The notes beneath the pieces were generated by a model. The model was not told the DNA's origin. It saw only the letters and a program-made list of their open reading frames with translations, and made no database searches. Shown here piece after piece: positions 20,486 to 30,149 of a DNA stretch of 64,000 nucleotides. Made by a program: the position numbers and the translations under genes. Position 1 is the stretch's first letter; each line of letters starts with the position of its first letter. Origin of the DNA: Trueperaceae bacterium (GTDB taxonomy: Bacteria; Deinococcota; Deinococci; Deinococcales; Trueperaceae); NCBI GenBank assembly GCA_040905465.1, contig JBBDRK010000017.1, positions 79,274 to 143,273 of the forward strand. Direction: 5' to 3'.

Positions 20486-21478
20486 ATGAGTAAAGAGTGG
20501 CATGTTGCTTGGTTGGACGTGTGGGACCAACGCGCGCAGGAGGCTGTCCTAGCCGTAGCGCCCCCCAGCCTGAACGTAACCTTTGCCGAAACGTACGAAC
20601 TCGAGGAACAGTTCGAGATCACCGCAAATTGCGATGTGATCGCAGCCGGCTGGCCGGCCGTCACCCGGGAGCTGATAACCAACGCGGCTAGTCTGAAGCT
20701 CATCCACAAGCTCGGCGTCGGATACGACAAGATCGACCTGAACGCGGCCAAGGAGAGCCGATTAGCGGTTGCGATCACGTCCGGAGCCAATGCAAGTGCG
20801 GTCGCCGAGCACACCGTAGGATTGGTACTGGCAGCGCTGCGGCGTACCCCTTACGTGGACAGCTCGTTGCGCTCAGGACGCTGGCTCAAGACAGAGATGC
20901 GAGTCGTCAACCAGCAACTGCGTGGGAAGCGAGTTGGCTTGCTGGGCTTCGGCAACATAGGTCGACAAGTCGCCAGGAAGCTCGCCGGATTCGAGGTGGA
21001 AATCGTCTACTTTGATGTCCGTCGTGCGGATTTAACGGCCGAGACGTCCCTTGGGGCGGGTTACGTCTCGTTCGATGAGCTGCTCGAAACGAGCGATATC
21101 CTCAGTCTGCACGTGCCGCTGGATGAAAGCACAAGAGGTATCCTCGCGGACGAGTCATTTGCCCGCATGAAAGACGGGGCCGTGATCATCAATACGTCGA
21201 GAGGCGGGATCATCGATGAACAGGCCTTGGTGAGATGCCTGAAGTCGGGCAAGATCGAAGCCGCTGGACTCGACACCTTCGCCCAAGAACCGCCCGCCGT
21301 TGCCGATCCGCTTTTCACGTTTCCACAGGTCGTTTTATCGCCGCACATCGCCGGGGCTGTCTTCGACAACGTCCAGAATCTCGGGGCTCACCTTTTCAGG
21401 AATGTGATCTCCTACCTCGAGAATGGCATCCTCCCGGCCGAGGACACGATTCTGCTTGGCGTTCCAGACGAAGGTTAA
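20486..21478 (+). CDS. D-isomer-specific 2-hydroxyacid dehydrogenase
   Basis: GVGYDKID, AVAEH, GLLGFGNIG, INTSRGGIIDE, LDTFAQEP, SPHIAG. Confidence 0.93.
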   Translation: MSKEWHVAWLDVWDQRAQEAVLAVAPPSLNVTFAETYELEEQFEITANCDVIAAGWPAVTRELITNAASLKLIHKLGVGYDKIDLNAAKESRLAVAITSGANASAVAEHTVGLVLAALRRTPYVDSSLRSGRWLKTEMRVVNQQLRGKRVGLLGFGNIGRQVARKLAGFEVEIVYFDVRRADLTAETSLGAGYVSFDELLETSDILSLHVPLDESTRGILADESFARMKDGAVIINTSRGGIIDEQALVRCLKSGKIEAAGLDTFAQEPPAVADPLFTFPQVVLSPHIAGAVFDNVQNLGAHLFRNVISYLENGILPAEDTILLGVPDEG

Positions 21479-21510
21479 TCAGGGTTCACTGCAGTTGACG
21501 AATCGGTGGC

Positions 21511-21554
21511 TTGCACGGGATGGCCCCTTGAGGTATTCTAGTATACAGGCATAC
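21511..21554 (+). promoter_or_regulatory. Sigma70 promoter overlapped by operator box 3
   Basis: TTGCAC (21511-16), 17 bp spacer, TATTCT (21534-39); box GTATTC-ta-GTATAC-ag-GCATAC at 21533-21554. Confidence 0.7.
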
Positions 21555-21820
21555 TTTGAAGATGGTTGGAATCGTTACGACGCCTCCAACCTCGGGTGAA
21601 CCGTTGCGGCCACAACAAGTGGACCCGTAGGCAAGCCGTAATCGCATGCCTGTTGATGCCGGTCTAGAACCGGTAAAGACGCGGGGTTGCGCCATGTGGT
21701 GCGACAGAGTCATACGACGAGGAGGAAAGTGCTGCGGCCAGATCAAACGAAACATGCGAGTTCTCCCCCACCCGAAAGTACCCGTGGTGGGCCCGACCTG
21801 ATTGCATCCAGGAGGCATAC

Positions 21821-23323
21821 ATGACAAGGTTGAGACAAGGCATGACCCGCTGGCTGATGGCGCTGGCACTACTTCTGCTCACGGCCGGCGCCGGCATGGC
21901 GCAGGACCGATTCGACCTCACGGTGGTATTCGGTGAGGAAGCAGATACCCTCGATCCGCACATGACAACCCTGATCGTCCCAGAAACGATTCAGGAAAAT
22001 ATGTTCGATCGCCTCGTCCGTATTTCGAGTACCGGCGAAGTGGTTCCTCACGTGGCGTCTTCCTGGGAGTGGGTGGAGCCCACGAGGCTGCGTCTCGTTT
22101 TGCGTGAGGATGTCTACTTCCACGACGGTACTCAGCTCACCGCCGATGACGTCGCGTACAACTTCGAGCGGGTCGCCAACCCCGACGTAGCATCGCCCAT
22201 AGCGTCCCGGATCCCACAGGTAAGCGAAGTCGAGGTCGTCGATCCTTTTACCGTCGACTTGCTGTTTGCTGAAACCAACGCCGAAGCCCTTACCGCTCTC
22301 GCACGCTTGATGATCGTGCCGCAGCACATCGTAGAAGAGGTGGGGGACGAGGCGTTCGCCCAGATTCCAGTCGGTAGCGGCCCTTTCCGCTTCGTGGAGT
22401 GGCAACGGGGAGTGCATATCCTGCTCGAGGCGAACGACGATTACTGGGGGGGCAGGCCAGAGGTCGACCGTGCCATTTTCAAGAACGTTCCCGAGGCAGC
22501 GACGAGGGTCGCTGAACTCCGTACCGGCCGTGCCGACATCGTGGCAAACATTCCACCCGAATCTGCGACTGACGGTCCCGGATACACGATAAAAACTGCT
22601 CCTAGCACTCGCCGGCTCTTCATCACCATGGACAGTTCCCGCCCTCCATTCGACGATGTACGCGTACGCCAGGCCCTGAACTATGCGATCGATAAAGAGG
22701 CGATCGTGGAGTTTATCCTCGGCGGTCACGCGACGCAAACCAACGGTTATCTCGGCCCGAACTGGGATGTGGAGTACGACAATGACCGGCAGCCGTATCC
22801 ATACGATCCGGAGCGGTCTCGAGAGTTGCTTGCCGAGGCGGGATACGAGAACGGAGCACCATTCGTTTTCACTTACCCGGTCGGCCGTTACCCGAAGGAC
22901 AGTGAGATTGGGGAGACGGTAGGGGCGATGCTCGAAGAGGCCGGGTTCCAGGTGGAGTTGGATCCGAAGGACCCGTCGACGTACGCCACAATGGCCTTCC
23001 GAGAACTCAGCCTCCAGGTCGGACTGTCACAGGGGACCGGATTCCCAACTGCCGAGGTGACGAGGAACGGCTACTGGAATCGTGGAGTGTCGGTGAGGTG
23101 GTTTGACGATGCGCAGCTCCTCGACATGGTCGAAGAAGCGCGCACGATCGTAGACGATGAGGAGCGCCTCGCGTTACTGCGGGAAATCGACGAGTACGTA
23201 TTCGAACAGGCTGTTTTCGGTTTCTTGTTTTCCTACGACGACATATGGGGCGTATCCAACCGGATCGAATGGGCTCCGGACCCTGCAACGCGAACCTACC
23301 TGATGGACGTGTCGATCAGGTAG
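21821..23323 (+). CDS. Family 5 (Opp/Dpp) ABC substrate-binding protein
   Basis: Signal peptide, TLDPH, FHDGTQLTADDV, GSGPFRF, VRQALNYAIDK. AGGAGG RBS. Confidence 0.95.
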   Translation: MTRLRQGMTRWLMALALLLLTAGAGMAQDRFDLTVVFGEEADTLDPHMTTLIVPETIQENMFDRLVRISSTGEVVPHVASSWEWVEPTRLRLVLREDVYFHDGTQLTADDVAYNFERVANPDVASPIASRIPQVSEVEVVDPFTVDLLFAETNAEALTALARLMIVPQHIVEEVGDEAFAQIPVGSGPFRFVEWQRGVHILLEANDDYWGGRPEVDRAIFKNVPEAATRVAELRTGRADIVANIPPESATDGPGYTIKTAPSTRRLFITMDSSRPPFDDVRVRQALNYAIDKEAIVEFILGGHATQTNGYLGPNWDVEYDNDRQPYPYDPERSRELLAEAGYENGAPFVFTYPVGRYPKDSEIGETVGAMLEEAGFQVELDPKDPSTYATMAFRELSLQVGLSQGTGFPTAEVTRNGYWNRGVSVRWFDDAQLLDMVEEARTIVDDEERLALLREIDEYVFEQAVFGFLFSYDDIWGVSNRIEWAPDPATRTYLMDVSIR

Positions 23324-23437
23324 GCAGTTAGCGGCTGCCCCACCGACGACTAACCGGGGGGCCGAACGAATCGAGATGGAGTGGCGCGCCAGCGCTCTCC
23401 ATCTCCTATCCTCTTGTTCAGCGTGGAGGCGCTTTCG

Positions 23438-24361
23438 TTGCGGACATATGTGCTGAAAAGAGTTTTGCAGAGCGCTGGCGTTATAGTTGCGGCGTCGGTT
23501 CTCGCCTTCTCCCTCGTATTCCTTTCGGGCGATCCTGTGGCAGCGGTCGTCCCAGCAGATGCCACTCAGGAGGAGGTCCAGCGGGCGATCATGCTTTACG
23601 GATTCGATCAGCCACTGTACGTACAATACTTCCGATTCCTAGGTGGCGCCGTTCGAGGCGATCTGGGAGATTCGCTCCGCTATCGCGTCTCCACAATGGA
23701 ACTGGTAAGTGAACGTCTCCCAGCCACCGCTCTTCTCGTTGCTGCCGGAATGACGATAACTATCTTGTTGGGACTCAGCCTCGGGATTCTGGCTGCCGTG
23801 AGGAGAGACAGCATCTTCGATCAGATCGCGCTATTCCTAAGCACCTTCGGACAGGCGATGCCCAACTTCTGGTTCGGGATTCTACTGATACTCCTGTTCA
23901 GTGTCACCCTCAATTGGCTCCCGCCGTCCGGCTACGGAGGCCTTCAATATCTGGTCCTGCCCGCGCTGACGATCAGCCTCTACCAGCTGCCAAAGTTCCT
24001 CAGGGTAGTGAGGTCATCGGTTCATGAGGTGCTCAGCGAGGATTACGTTCGTACGGCACGCTCGAAGGGCATTTCGGAGTATGCCGTCTTGGTGCGCCAT
24101 GCACTCAGGAACGCACTCATCCCAATCATCACACTATTCGGATTGGAGCTGGGGGCAATGTTCGGTGGCGCCGTCGTTACCGAAACGGTATTCGCGTGGC
24201 CAGGCCTGGGCAGGTTGCTCATCGAAGCCGTGCGCAGCGCCGACTTCCCACTGGTACAGACCGCCATCCTAGTTATCGCTTTGCTGATTACGACGGTCAA
24301 TCTGATCGTTGACCTCACCTACGTGGCACTCGATCCGAGGGTGCGTCTCGATAATGCTTAG
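23438..24361 (+). CDS. Opp/Dpp ABC permease (DppB-like)
   Basis: SGDPV, EDYVRTARSKG, ETVFAWPGLG. TTG start after GGAGG. Confidence 0.93.
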   Translation: MRTYVLKRVLQSAGVIVAASVLAFSLVFLSGDPVAAVVPADATQEEVQRAIMLYGFDQPLYVQYFRFLGGAVRGDLGDSLRYRVSTMELVSERLPATALLVAAGMTITILLGLSLGILAAVRRDSIFDQIALFLSTFGQAMPNFWFGILLILLFSVTLNWLPPSGYGGLQYLVLPALTISLYQLPKFLRVVRSSVHEVLSEDYVRTARSKGISEYAVLVRHALRNALIPIITLFGLELGAMFGGAVVTETVFAWPGLGRLLIEAVRSADFPLVQTAILVIALLITTVNLIVDLTYVALDPRVRLDNA

Positions 24362-24469
24362 CGACGGAAACCGAATTACTCGCCAAAACCTGGTAAGGAC
24401 CATTGCAAAACGGTTGGACATCGAGCCAAGTACCGCCGTTTCTTGGTTCCGAACACCGGCGGTGGCCGG

Positions 24470-25375
24470 ATGAGGCCATCTGCAGCCGTAGAGCACGATT
24501 TACGAGCCACGAGACAATTGCGTCTGCCGTTGTTACCTATGTCGCTGCGCAGGCGTCCGATGGCGCTGCTGGGGGTCCTCGGCCTCTTCGCGTTTGTGTT
24601 CGTGGCAGCGTTTGCGCCACTACTGGCGCCACATTCGGTAAGTAAGCAAAGCCTTGCAAACCGGCTCACGCCCCCTGCCTGGGTCGAGGGAGGCAACCCG
24701 AGCCATTTATTGGGAACAGACCAGCTCGGCCGAGACGTTCTGAGTCGCTTGATATACGGGAGCCGGGTGTCGCTGAGCGTGGGCGTTGCTGCTGCCGCTC
24801 TCGGCGGACTACTTGGTGTGGCCATCGGCCTGATCTCGGGCTACTGGGGCGGCAGTATCGCCGACACCTTATTCATGCGTCTGGCAGACCTGCAACTCTC
24901 CTTCCCGTTCCTCCTCCTTGCCCTCGTTGCGCTCATGGTCATCGGTCCGGGGTTGGTGAACCTCATCCTTATCCTGGGCGTCACCGGATGGGTAATTTTC
25001 GCCCGTCTGGTGCGGGGCCAGGTGCTGTCGATTCGCGCTCGAAGCTACGTCGAGGCGGCCAGGGCGCTGGGTGCCACGGACCGCTACATCGTGCTCAAGC
25101 ATGTCGCTCGCAATGCTCTGGGGTCGAGTCTCGCACTGGCGGCACTCGAAGTCGGACGAAAGATTTCCCAAGAGGCGGCATTGAGCTTTCTGGGAATGGG
25201 CGTTCCGCCTCCGTTCCCCAGTTGGGGCGGAATGCTGGCCGACGGCAGAGCGTACATAAGCTCGGCCTGGTGGGTAAGTACCTTTCCGGGTGTCGCAATC
25301 ATGCTACTCATCCTGAGCGTTTCCCAAGTAGGCGACTGGGTCGCCGTGATAATCGATCCGAAGCAGAAAAAGTGA
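24470..25375 (+). CDS. Opp/Dpp ABC permease (DppC-like)
   Basis: LGTDQLGRDVLSRL, YVEAARALGA, EAALSFLG..PSWG. Confidence 0.93.
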   Translation: MRPSAAVEHDLRATRQLRLPLLPMSLRRRPMALLGVLGLFAFVFVAAFAPLLAPHSVSKQSLANRLTPPAWVEGGNPSHLLGTDQLGRDVLSRLIYGSRVSLSVGVAAAALGGLLGVAIGLISGYWGGSIADTLFMRLADLQLSFPFLLLALVALMVIGPGLVNLILILGVTGWVIFARLVRGQVLSIRARSYVEAARALGATDRYIVLKHVARNALGSSLALAALEVGRKISQEAALSFLGMGVPPPFPSWGGMLADGRAYISSAWWVSTFPGVAIMLLILSVSQVGDWVAVIIDPKQKK

Positions 25376-25429
25376 TCCGATCAGACACCAAACTTGCACG
25401 ACCGCCGGAGAAGGCAGGGAGAGTAAGCA

Positions 25430-26599
25430 GTGAATAGTCCAGCAGAGCTTCCCCTCGAAGGGATTCGAGTCCTCGACCTCTCCCGATTCGTGTCTGGCCC
25501 GTTCTGCGCCGTCCAGCTTGCCGACCTCGGCGCTCAGGTGATCAAGGTCGAGTCTCCCGGAACGGGCGACGGCACCAGGCGCTGGGGTGAGAAGACGACC
25601 GGGCCCGATAACCCATACTTCATCTCAGTGAATCGCGGGAAGAAGAGCATCGCATTGGATTTCAAGGATCCTGACGACCGCGCCGTCCTCGACAAGCTTT
25701 TGGCGGATGCTCACGTAGTGGTCCACAACCTGAAGCCGTCCAGTGCCGAGAGCCTCGCGCTCGATTTCGAAGCTGTCCGCAAGCTCAATTCCAACGTCGT
25801 CTACTGCGACATCAACGGCTTTGGTCGAGATTCGAGTCGGCCGGCCTTCGACTTCATCGTGCAGGCCGCCTCTGGGATGATGAGTGTTAACGGAGTGCCT
25901 GAGGGAGAGCCACTGAAGCTCCCGTTCCCCTTGATAGATGTCGCTACCAGCCTGTATGCGACGATCGGGATTCTCAGCGGACTACTCCAGCGCTCGTCCA
26001 ATCCACTGAGGGGCGCCGTTCAGGTAAGCGCAAGCATGTTTGACGTCGGTCTGGCCATCATGCCCAACCTAGTGTCTCAGGCGCTCATGACGGGGCAGGA
26101 ACCGAAGCGTCTGGGCAACGTACATCCCACCATCGCCCCGTACGAACCGTACGAGGCTTCCGACGGCTGGATAGCCATCGGGGTGGCAACCGAGCCGAGG
26201 TGGCAGAGCTGGTGTGGCGCGATTGAGCGCCCCGAGTTGGCCAACGACCCGCGGTTTGCTTCCAATCCAGATCGCCTCGCAAACCGGCGGGAACTGTGGA
26301 TGTTGCTGAATCCGATCATGAGTCGAAGGAGCGTGCAGGAGTGGCTCGACATCTGCAACCGCCTCGAGATTCCCGCCTCGAGAGTAGCCTCGATACCAGA
26401 AGCGTTGTCGGTGAGCTCCCTGGTTTCCACCGTCGAGCACCCGTCCTTTCCCAGCGGCGTGCCGCTCTACGGTAGCCCAATTCAGCTTCAGGGTCGGCCG
26501 CTCGGGGTAGGGCAGCGTCCTCCGCGCTTCGCCGAACATTCCGGCGAGGTCAAGGAGGGGCTGTGGAATTCGTTCACCGCAAACGAGCCAGCCGAGTAG
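25430..26599 (+). CDS. Class III CoA-transferase (CaiB/BaiF family)
   Basis: PLEGIRVLDLSR..GP, LADLGAQVIKVE, NRGKKSIALD, catalytic-region AFDFIVQA. Confidence 0.93.
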   Translation: MNSPAELPLEGIRVLDLSRFVSGPFCAVQLADLGAQVIKVESPGTGDGTRRWGEKTTGPDNPYFISVNRGKKSIALDFKDPDDRAVLDKLLADAHVVVHNLKPSSAESLALDFEAVRKLNSNVVYCDINGFGRDSSRPAFDFIVQAASGMMSVNGVPEGEPLKLPFPLIDVATSLYATIGILSGLLQRSSNPLRGAVQVSASMFDVGLAIMPNLVSQALMTGQEPKRLGNVHPTIAPYEPYEASDGWIAIGVATEPRWQSWCGAIERPELANDPRFASNPDRLANRRELWMLLNPIMSRRSVQEWLDICNRLEIPASRVASIPEALSVSSLVSTVEHPSFPSGVPLYGSPIQLQGRPLGVGQRPPRFAEHSGEVKEGLWNSFTANEPAE

Positions 26600-26627
26600 A
26601 GAACCGAGAGGCGTTCAGCCAAATTCG

Positions 26628-26641
26628 GTATACTGGCATAC
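26628..26641. promoter_or_regulatory. Operator box 4 / internal promoter upstream of the MaoC-ACAD module
   Basis: GTATAC-tg-GCATAC ending 20 bp before ATG 26661, containing TATACT. Confidence 0.55.
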
Positions 26642-26660
26642 AGAAAGGAAGTCGCGTCGG

Positions 26661-27116
26661 ATGGAACGCAGTGATAATCGCGAGACCGAATTGTTGGGCC
26701 ACGAGGTGCGGACCGGGCAAACTACAGTCTGCAATGAGAGGCTTCAACTCTTCCTGGAGGCTCTCGGGCTTTCTGGCTGGGACCCTTCCGGCCCGGTTCC
26801 AGTGACCTTCGTGCCTCGTTGTTTTCGCGACTGGGTCGATGTCACTCGAGATGTTCGCCCTGGTCCAGTCCTCGATGGTTTCGGACTCGAGAAGGGCGTT
26901 AACGCAGGAATAACGATTTCGGCCAAATTGCCCGTGTTTGTTGGGGACCGACTTCACCTCACGGAGAAGGTGGCCGAGGTTCGAGAGAAAGAAGGCGCCT
27001 CGGGCGCCCTGATCTTCGTGACGGTTCGCCAAACGATCCGCCGCGAGAAAGAGGACATCGGGATCGTCCAGGAGAACGACATGCTTACCGTTTATCGCCG
27101 CGGAGCGGAGAAGTGA
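26661..27116 (+). CDS. MaoC/FAS1-like hotdog-fold dehydratase subunit (non-catalytic type)
   Basis: PVTF, PVFVGDRL, KEGASGALIFVTV motifs; coupled to the next MaoC gene by a GTGA overlap. Confidence 0.75.
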   Translation: MERSDNRETELLGHEVRTGQTTVCNERLQLFLEALGLSGWDPSGPVPVTFVPRCFRDWVDVTRDVRPGPVLDGFGLEKGVNAGITISAKLPVFVGDRLHLTEKVAEVREKEGASGALIFVTVRQTIRREKEDIGIVQENDMLTVYRRGAEK

Positions 27117-27535
27117 AATTGGAATTCACGCTTCCGTGGGGCCCGATAAGTGCCACGCAACTCGCTTTTTACTGCTCGGCAGTGGGAGTTGCCGACCCGA
27201 TTCATTACGACCGCGCGACCGTTGCGGAAGTCGGTATGAAAGACGTTGTGGCAAACGGTTCACTGCGAGTCGCGATGATTGAGGTTGCCATTAGGCGAGC
27301 GTTCGCCAACCACCCGGACCTCTTAATCGAGAAGCTCGAGTGCCGGCATAGGGCCCCGCTATACCGCGGCCAAACCGCAAGAATTCGAGTGGTTTCCGCT
27401 GCCGCCGCCGGCCGAATCGACTGTCAAGTCGAGACGACCGTCGAGGACTCACTCGTGGACTCGGCAACGGCTGAACTGTCCTTGCCCGAAAGCACGCTCA
27501 TCGAGTTATCCGAGAAGGGATTGGTTCGTTCGTGA
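27113..27535 (+). CDS. MaoC family (R)-enoyl-CoA hydratase subunit
   Basis: DPIHYD motif, VVANG, PLYRGQT. Confidence 0.75.
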   Translation: MKLEFTLPWGPISATQLAFYCSAVGVADPIHYDRATVAEVGMKDVVANGSLRVAMIEVAIRRAFANHPDLLIEKLECRHRAPLYRGQTARIRVVSAAAAGRIDCQVETTVEDSLVDSATAELSLPESTLIELSEKGLVRS

Positions 27536-28734
27536 ACTTTCTGTTTGGTGAAGAACACCGGGAATTCAAGGGTCAGGTAGTCGACTTCTTCGAGTCGCAG
27601 CGAGACGAGAGCTGGGGAACGATCGATCGAGAGTCGGATAGCTTCAGGGCTCTGGGCATGGAGATGGACAAGCGGCTCGTCGAGCGGGGCTGGTGGGTGC
27701 TCCATTGGCCCGAGATGTACGGCGGCGGCGGCGGAGACTTCGTCTCGTACGCGATCTTGCGTGAGGCAGAGGGCTACTTCCGGGTTCCAACCGGCGGTGG
27801 CCACGGGCGTTATATCGTCGGCTCGGCCCTGATGAAGTTTGCCAGCGAAGAACTAAAGGACGAGGTACTCCCGCAGATTGCCAAAGCCGAGACCGTGCTT
27901 TCACTGGGCTACACCGAGCCAGAAGCGGGCTCGGACTTGGGCAGCTTGCGGGCAACGGCACTACGGGACGGCGACAACTACATCATCAACGGCACCAAGG
28001 CCTTTATCACATACGGACACTTTGCCGATCAGATCTTCCTTGCTGCTCGCACCGATCCCTCGGCGCCAAAAAAGCATCAGGGAGTGAGCCTCTTCCTGGT
28101 TCCCCTTGACAGCGACGGCGTCGTTATCGAATCGCAGGTCTGCCTTACCGGACACCGAGTTAATCTGATCCACTTCAATGATGTCGCCGTTAACAGCGGC
28201 CGTTTGGTCGGGACCGAGCACCAAGGCTTCTATCATATGGCTGACGCACTGAATTACGAACGCAGTGGAGTGCAGAAGCCTGCGATCTATCGCCGACAGC
28301 TCGAGGCTATCGTCGAGCTGTCCAAGCAGAATGGCACGTTCGGTCAGTCAGCTGAGTCGATTACCGGCCTGCTTACGATGATCGAAGCGTGGAGGATGCT
28401 CTGCTGGCGCGTCGTGCTGCTTCAGGGTAGAGGCGACTCCCCCAGTTGGGAGGCTTCCCAGGCAGAACTCTACCGCAAGCTGGTGAATCCGGAGTTCGGG
28501 CGGCTCATATCGATCGTCTGCGGAAGCGAGTACCTTAGCGATCAGCTTTCGCCGCTGCTGAAGTGGTGGATACGCGAAGGCACCAACAATCACGGTCAAG
28601 GCGGGCGAAACGTAACTATGAATGCGATCGGTCGGCGCGGCCTCAAGTTGCCGCGCGCGGGGAGTTCGGAAGCGGCAGCCAGTAGAAAGAGAGCCGACCA
28701 ATCGACCGAGTATCAGGTACCAACCAACGCTTAA
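27532..28734 (+). CDS. Acyl-CoA dehydrogenase (catalytic subunit, heteromeric type)
   Basis: WPEMYGG, LGYTEPEAGSDL, INGTKAFIT, KHQGVSLFLV, LNYER, C-terminal GLKLPR. Confidence 0.9.
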   Translation: MNFLFGEEHREFKGQVVDFFESQRDESWGTIDRESDSFRALGMEMDKRLVERGWWVLHWPEMYGGGGGDFVSYAILREAEGYFRVPTGGGHGRYIVGSALMKFASEELKDEVLPQIAKAETVLSLGYTEPEAGSDLGSLRATALRDGDNYIINGTKAFITYGHFADQIFLAARTDPSAPKKHQGVSLFLVPLDSDGVVIESQVCLTGHRVNLIHFNDVAVNSGRLVGTEHQGFYHMADALNYERSGVQKPAIYRRQLEAIVELSKQNGTFGQSAESITGLLTMIEAWRMLCWRVVLLQGRGDSPSWEASQAELYRKLVNPEFGRLISIVCGSEYLSDQLSPLLKWWIREGTNNHGQGGRNVTMNAIGRRGLKLPRAGSSEAAASRKRADQSTEYQVPTNA

Positions 28735-28791
28735 CAGTCGACCTATCGCTCATACAGGGCAAGAGGGCACGGATCGAGAGGAGTCATTGAG

Positions 28792-29721
28792 ATGGATCTG
28801 GAACTACCAACGGCGGTAAAGGGATTCGTTAACGATGTCCGAGCGGCGGTGGCTGACCTGGACAGCGCTTCTCCGGCGGAGTTGTGGGCGGCTGCCAACG
28901 AGCAGGGTTGGCTTTCACGCCCCTCTCTCTGGACCGGCACGCTGTTCGAGGCCCTAATTCTCGCCCGTATATTGGGAGAATATGGAATCGAAGCACGTCC
29001 GCTAATCGATCAGGTCGCTTGGAGATGGGCGACTGAGAGCGCGGTTCCGCAAGGAACGGAAGTGAATTATGTGGGCACGTTCCGGATGCCGCTTCCCGAC
29101 GATCAGGTCTACGCTGGCGCAGGATTCGTACACGTCCCGTATCCATCGGAGGGTGTGCTTTCGACGTCTTCGGTTTCGTCCGACGGTGCGTCTCCAAGTC
29201 TCGGCGAATGGGAGCGGCGGAGTGATGCAAGGGTCGCGAGCAGACTGTACTGGCTTCACCGCCTTCTGATATGTTCCCACGCAAATGCGGCTGCTCGGGT
29301 TGCCATCGAGATAGCCACCGAGTACTCCAAGGAGCGAAGGCAGTTCGGGCAGGCGATTGGCACCTTCCAGGGCGTCCAGCACACCTTGGTTCAAGCGTTC
29401 AGCGCCGTTACGTCGTTGGACCTGCTCATCGAACGCGCTACCCAACTGCTGGCCGAAAATGGGCCGGACAGCATAGGAGCGAGAGGACTGCTGGAAATAG
29501 TCGTCATTCGCTCGCAGCGCGTGGCCTGGGACGCAGCCATCGCTTCTCACGATGTTCTGGGTGGCGCCGGTTTCATGCGCAGCCACCCGCTCACTAGCTA
29601 TTCCGAGCTGCTACTTCGCGCTCACGCGATTCTCGGCGAGAGGCACTCCAACTGGGAGGCTTCCGTCGACACTATTGTCGCAATGGATTGGCTCTCGACA
29701 GAGGGGTTGGCACAAGCGTGA
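28792..29721 (+). CDS. Short, divergent acyl-CoA dehydrogenase-like partner subunit
   Basis: Only the C-terminal ACAD motifs are recognisable: YSKERRQFGQAIGTFQGVQH, HDVLGGAGF. 309 aa. Confidence 0.8.
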   Translation: MDLELPTAVKGFVNDVRAAVADLDSASPAELWAAANEQGWLSRPSLWTGTLFEALILARILGEYGIEARPLIDQVAWRWATESAVPQGTEVNYVGTFRMPLPDDQVYAGAGFVHVPYPSEGVLSTSSVSSDGASPSLGEWERRSDARVASRLYWLHRLLICSHANAAARVAIEIATEYSKERRQFGQAIGTFQGVQHTLVQAFSAVTSLDLLIERATQLLAENGPDSIGARGLLEIVVIRSQRVAWDAAIASHDVLGGAGFMRSHPLTSYSELLLRAHAILGERHSNWEASVDTIVAMDWLSTEGLAQA

Positions 29722-30149
29722 CTTCGCGGGTACCAGCGCCTCAACCCACCCAGCTCGCCCAGCCATTCTGGGATGCGCTGCTCGAGCAGCGCATCCTCAT
29801 TCAGCGCTGTAACAGCTGTGGCAATCTCATTCACAATCCCAAGATTCGCTGTCCCAATTGCCATGGTGCCGATCTCGGCTGGGCCAACTGTCCGACCAGC
29901 GGCAGAATCTACTCGTACACCGTGGTTCATCGGCCTCTTAACGACGCCTTCGCGGATAACGTGCCGTACGTGATCGGCTTGGTTGAACTAGACGAGGTAA
30001 AGGTGAGACTGATGACGAACATCGTGAATTGCGACGAGGAGGCACTCGAAATCGGGGAGCGCGTGAACGCGGTATTCCCCAAAGTGGCCGACGACTTCAC
30101 GGTTTTCGCATTCGAGCCAGCAATGAGCGGGGCTTATGACGGGCGGTGA
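29718..30149 (+). CDS. DUF35 Zn-ribbon/OB-fold protein
   Basis: PFW, QRCNSCG..CPNC, GRIYSYTVVH, PYVIGLVEL. GTG overlaps the upstream stop. Confidence 0.92.
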   Translation: MTSRVPAPQPTQLAQPFWDALLEQRILIQRCNSCGNLIHNPKIRCPNCHGADLGWANCPTSGRIYSYTVVHRPLNDAFADNVPYVIGLVELDEVKVRLMTNIVNCDEEALEIGERVNAVFPKVADDFTVFAFEPAMSGAYDGR

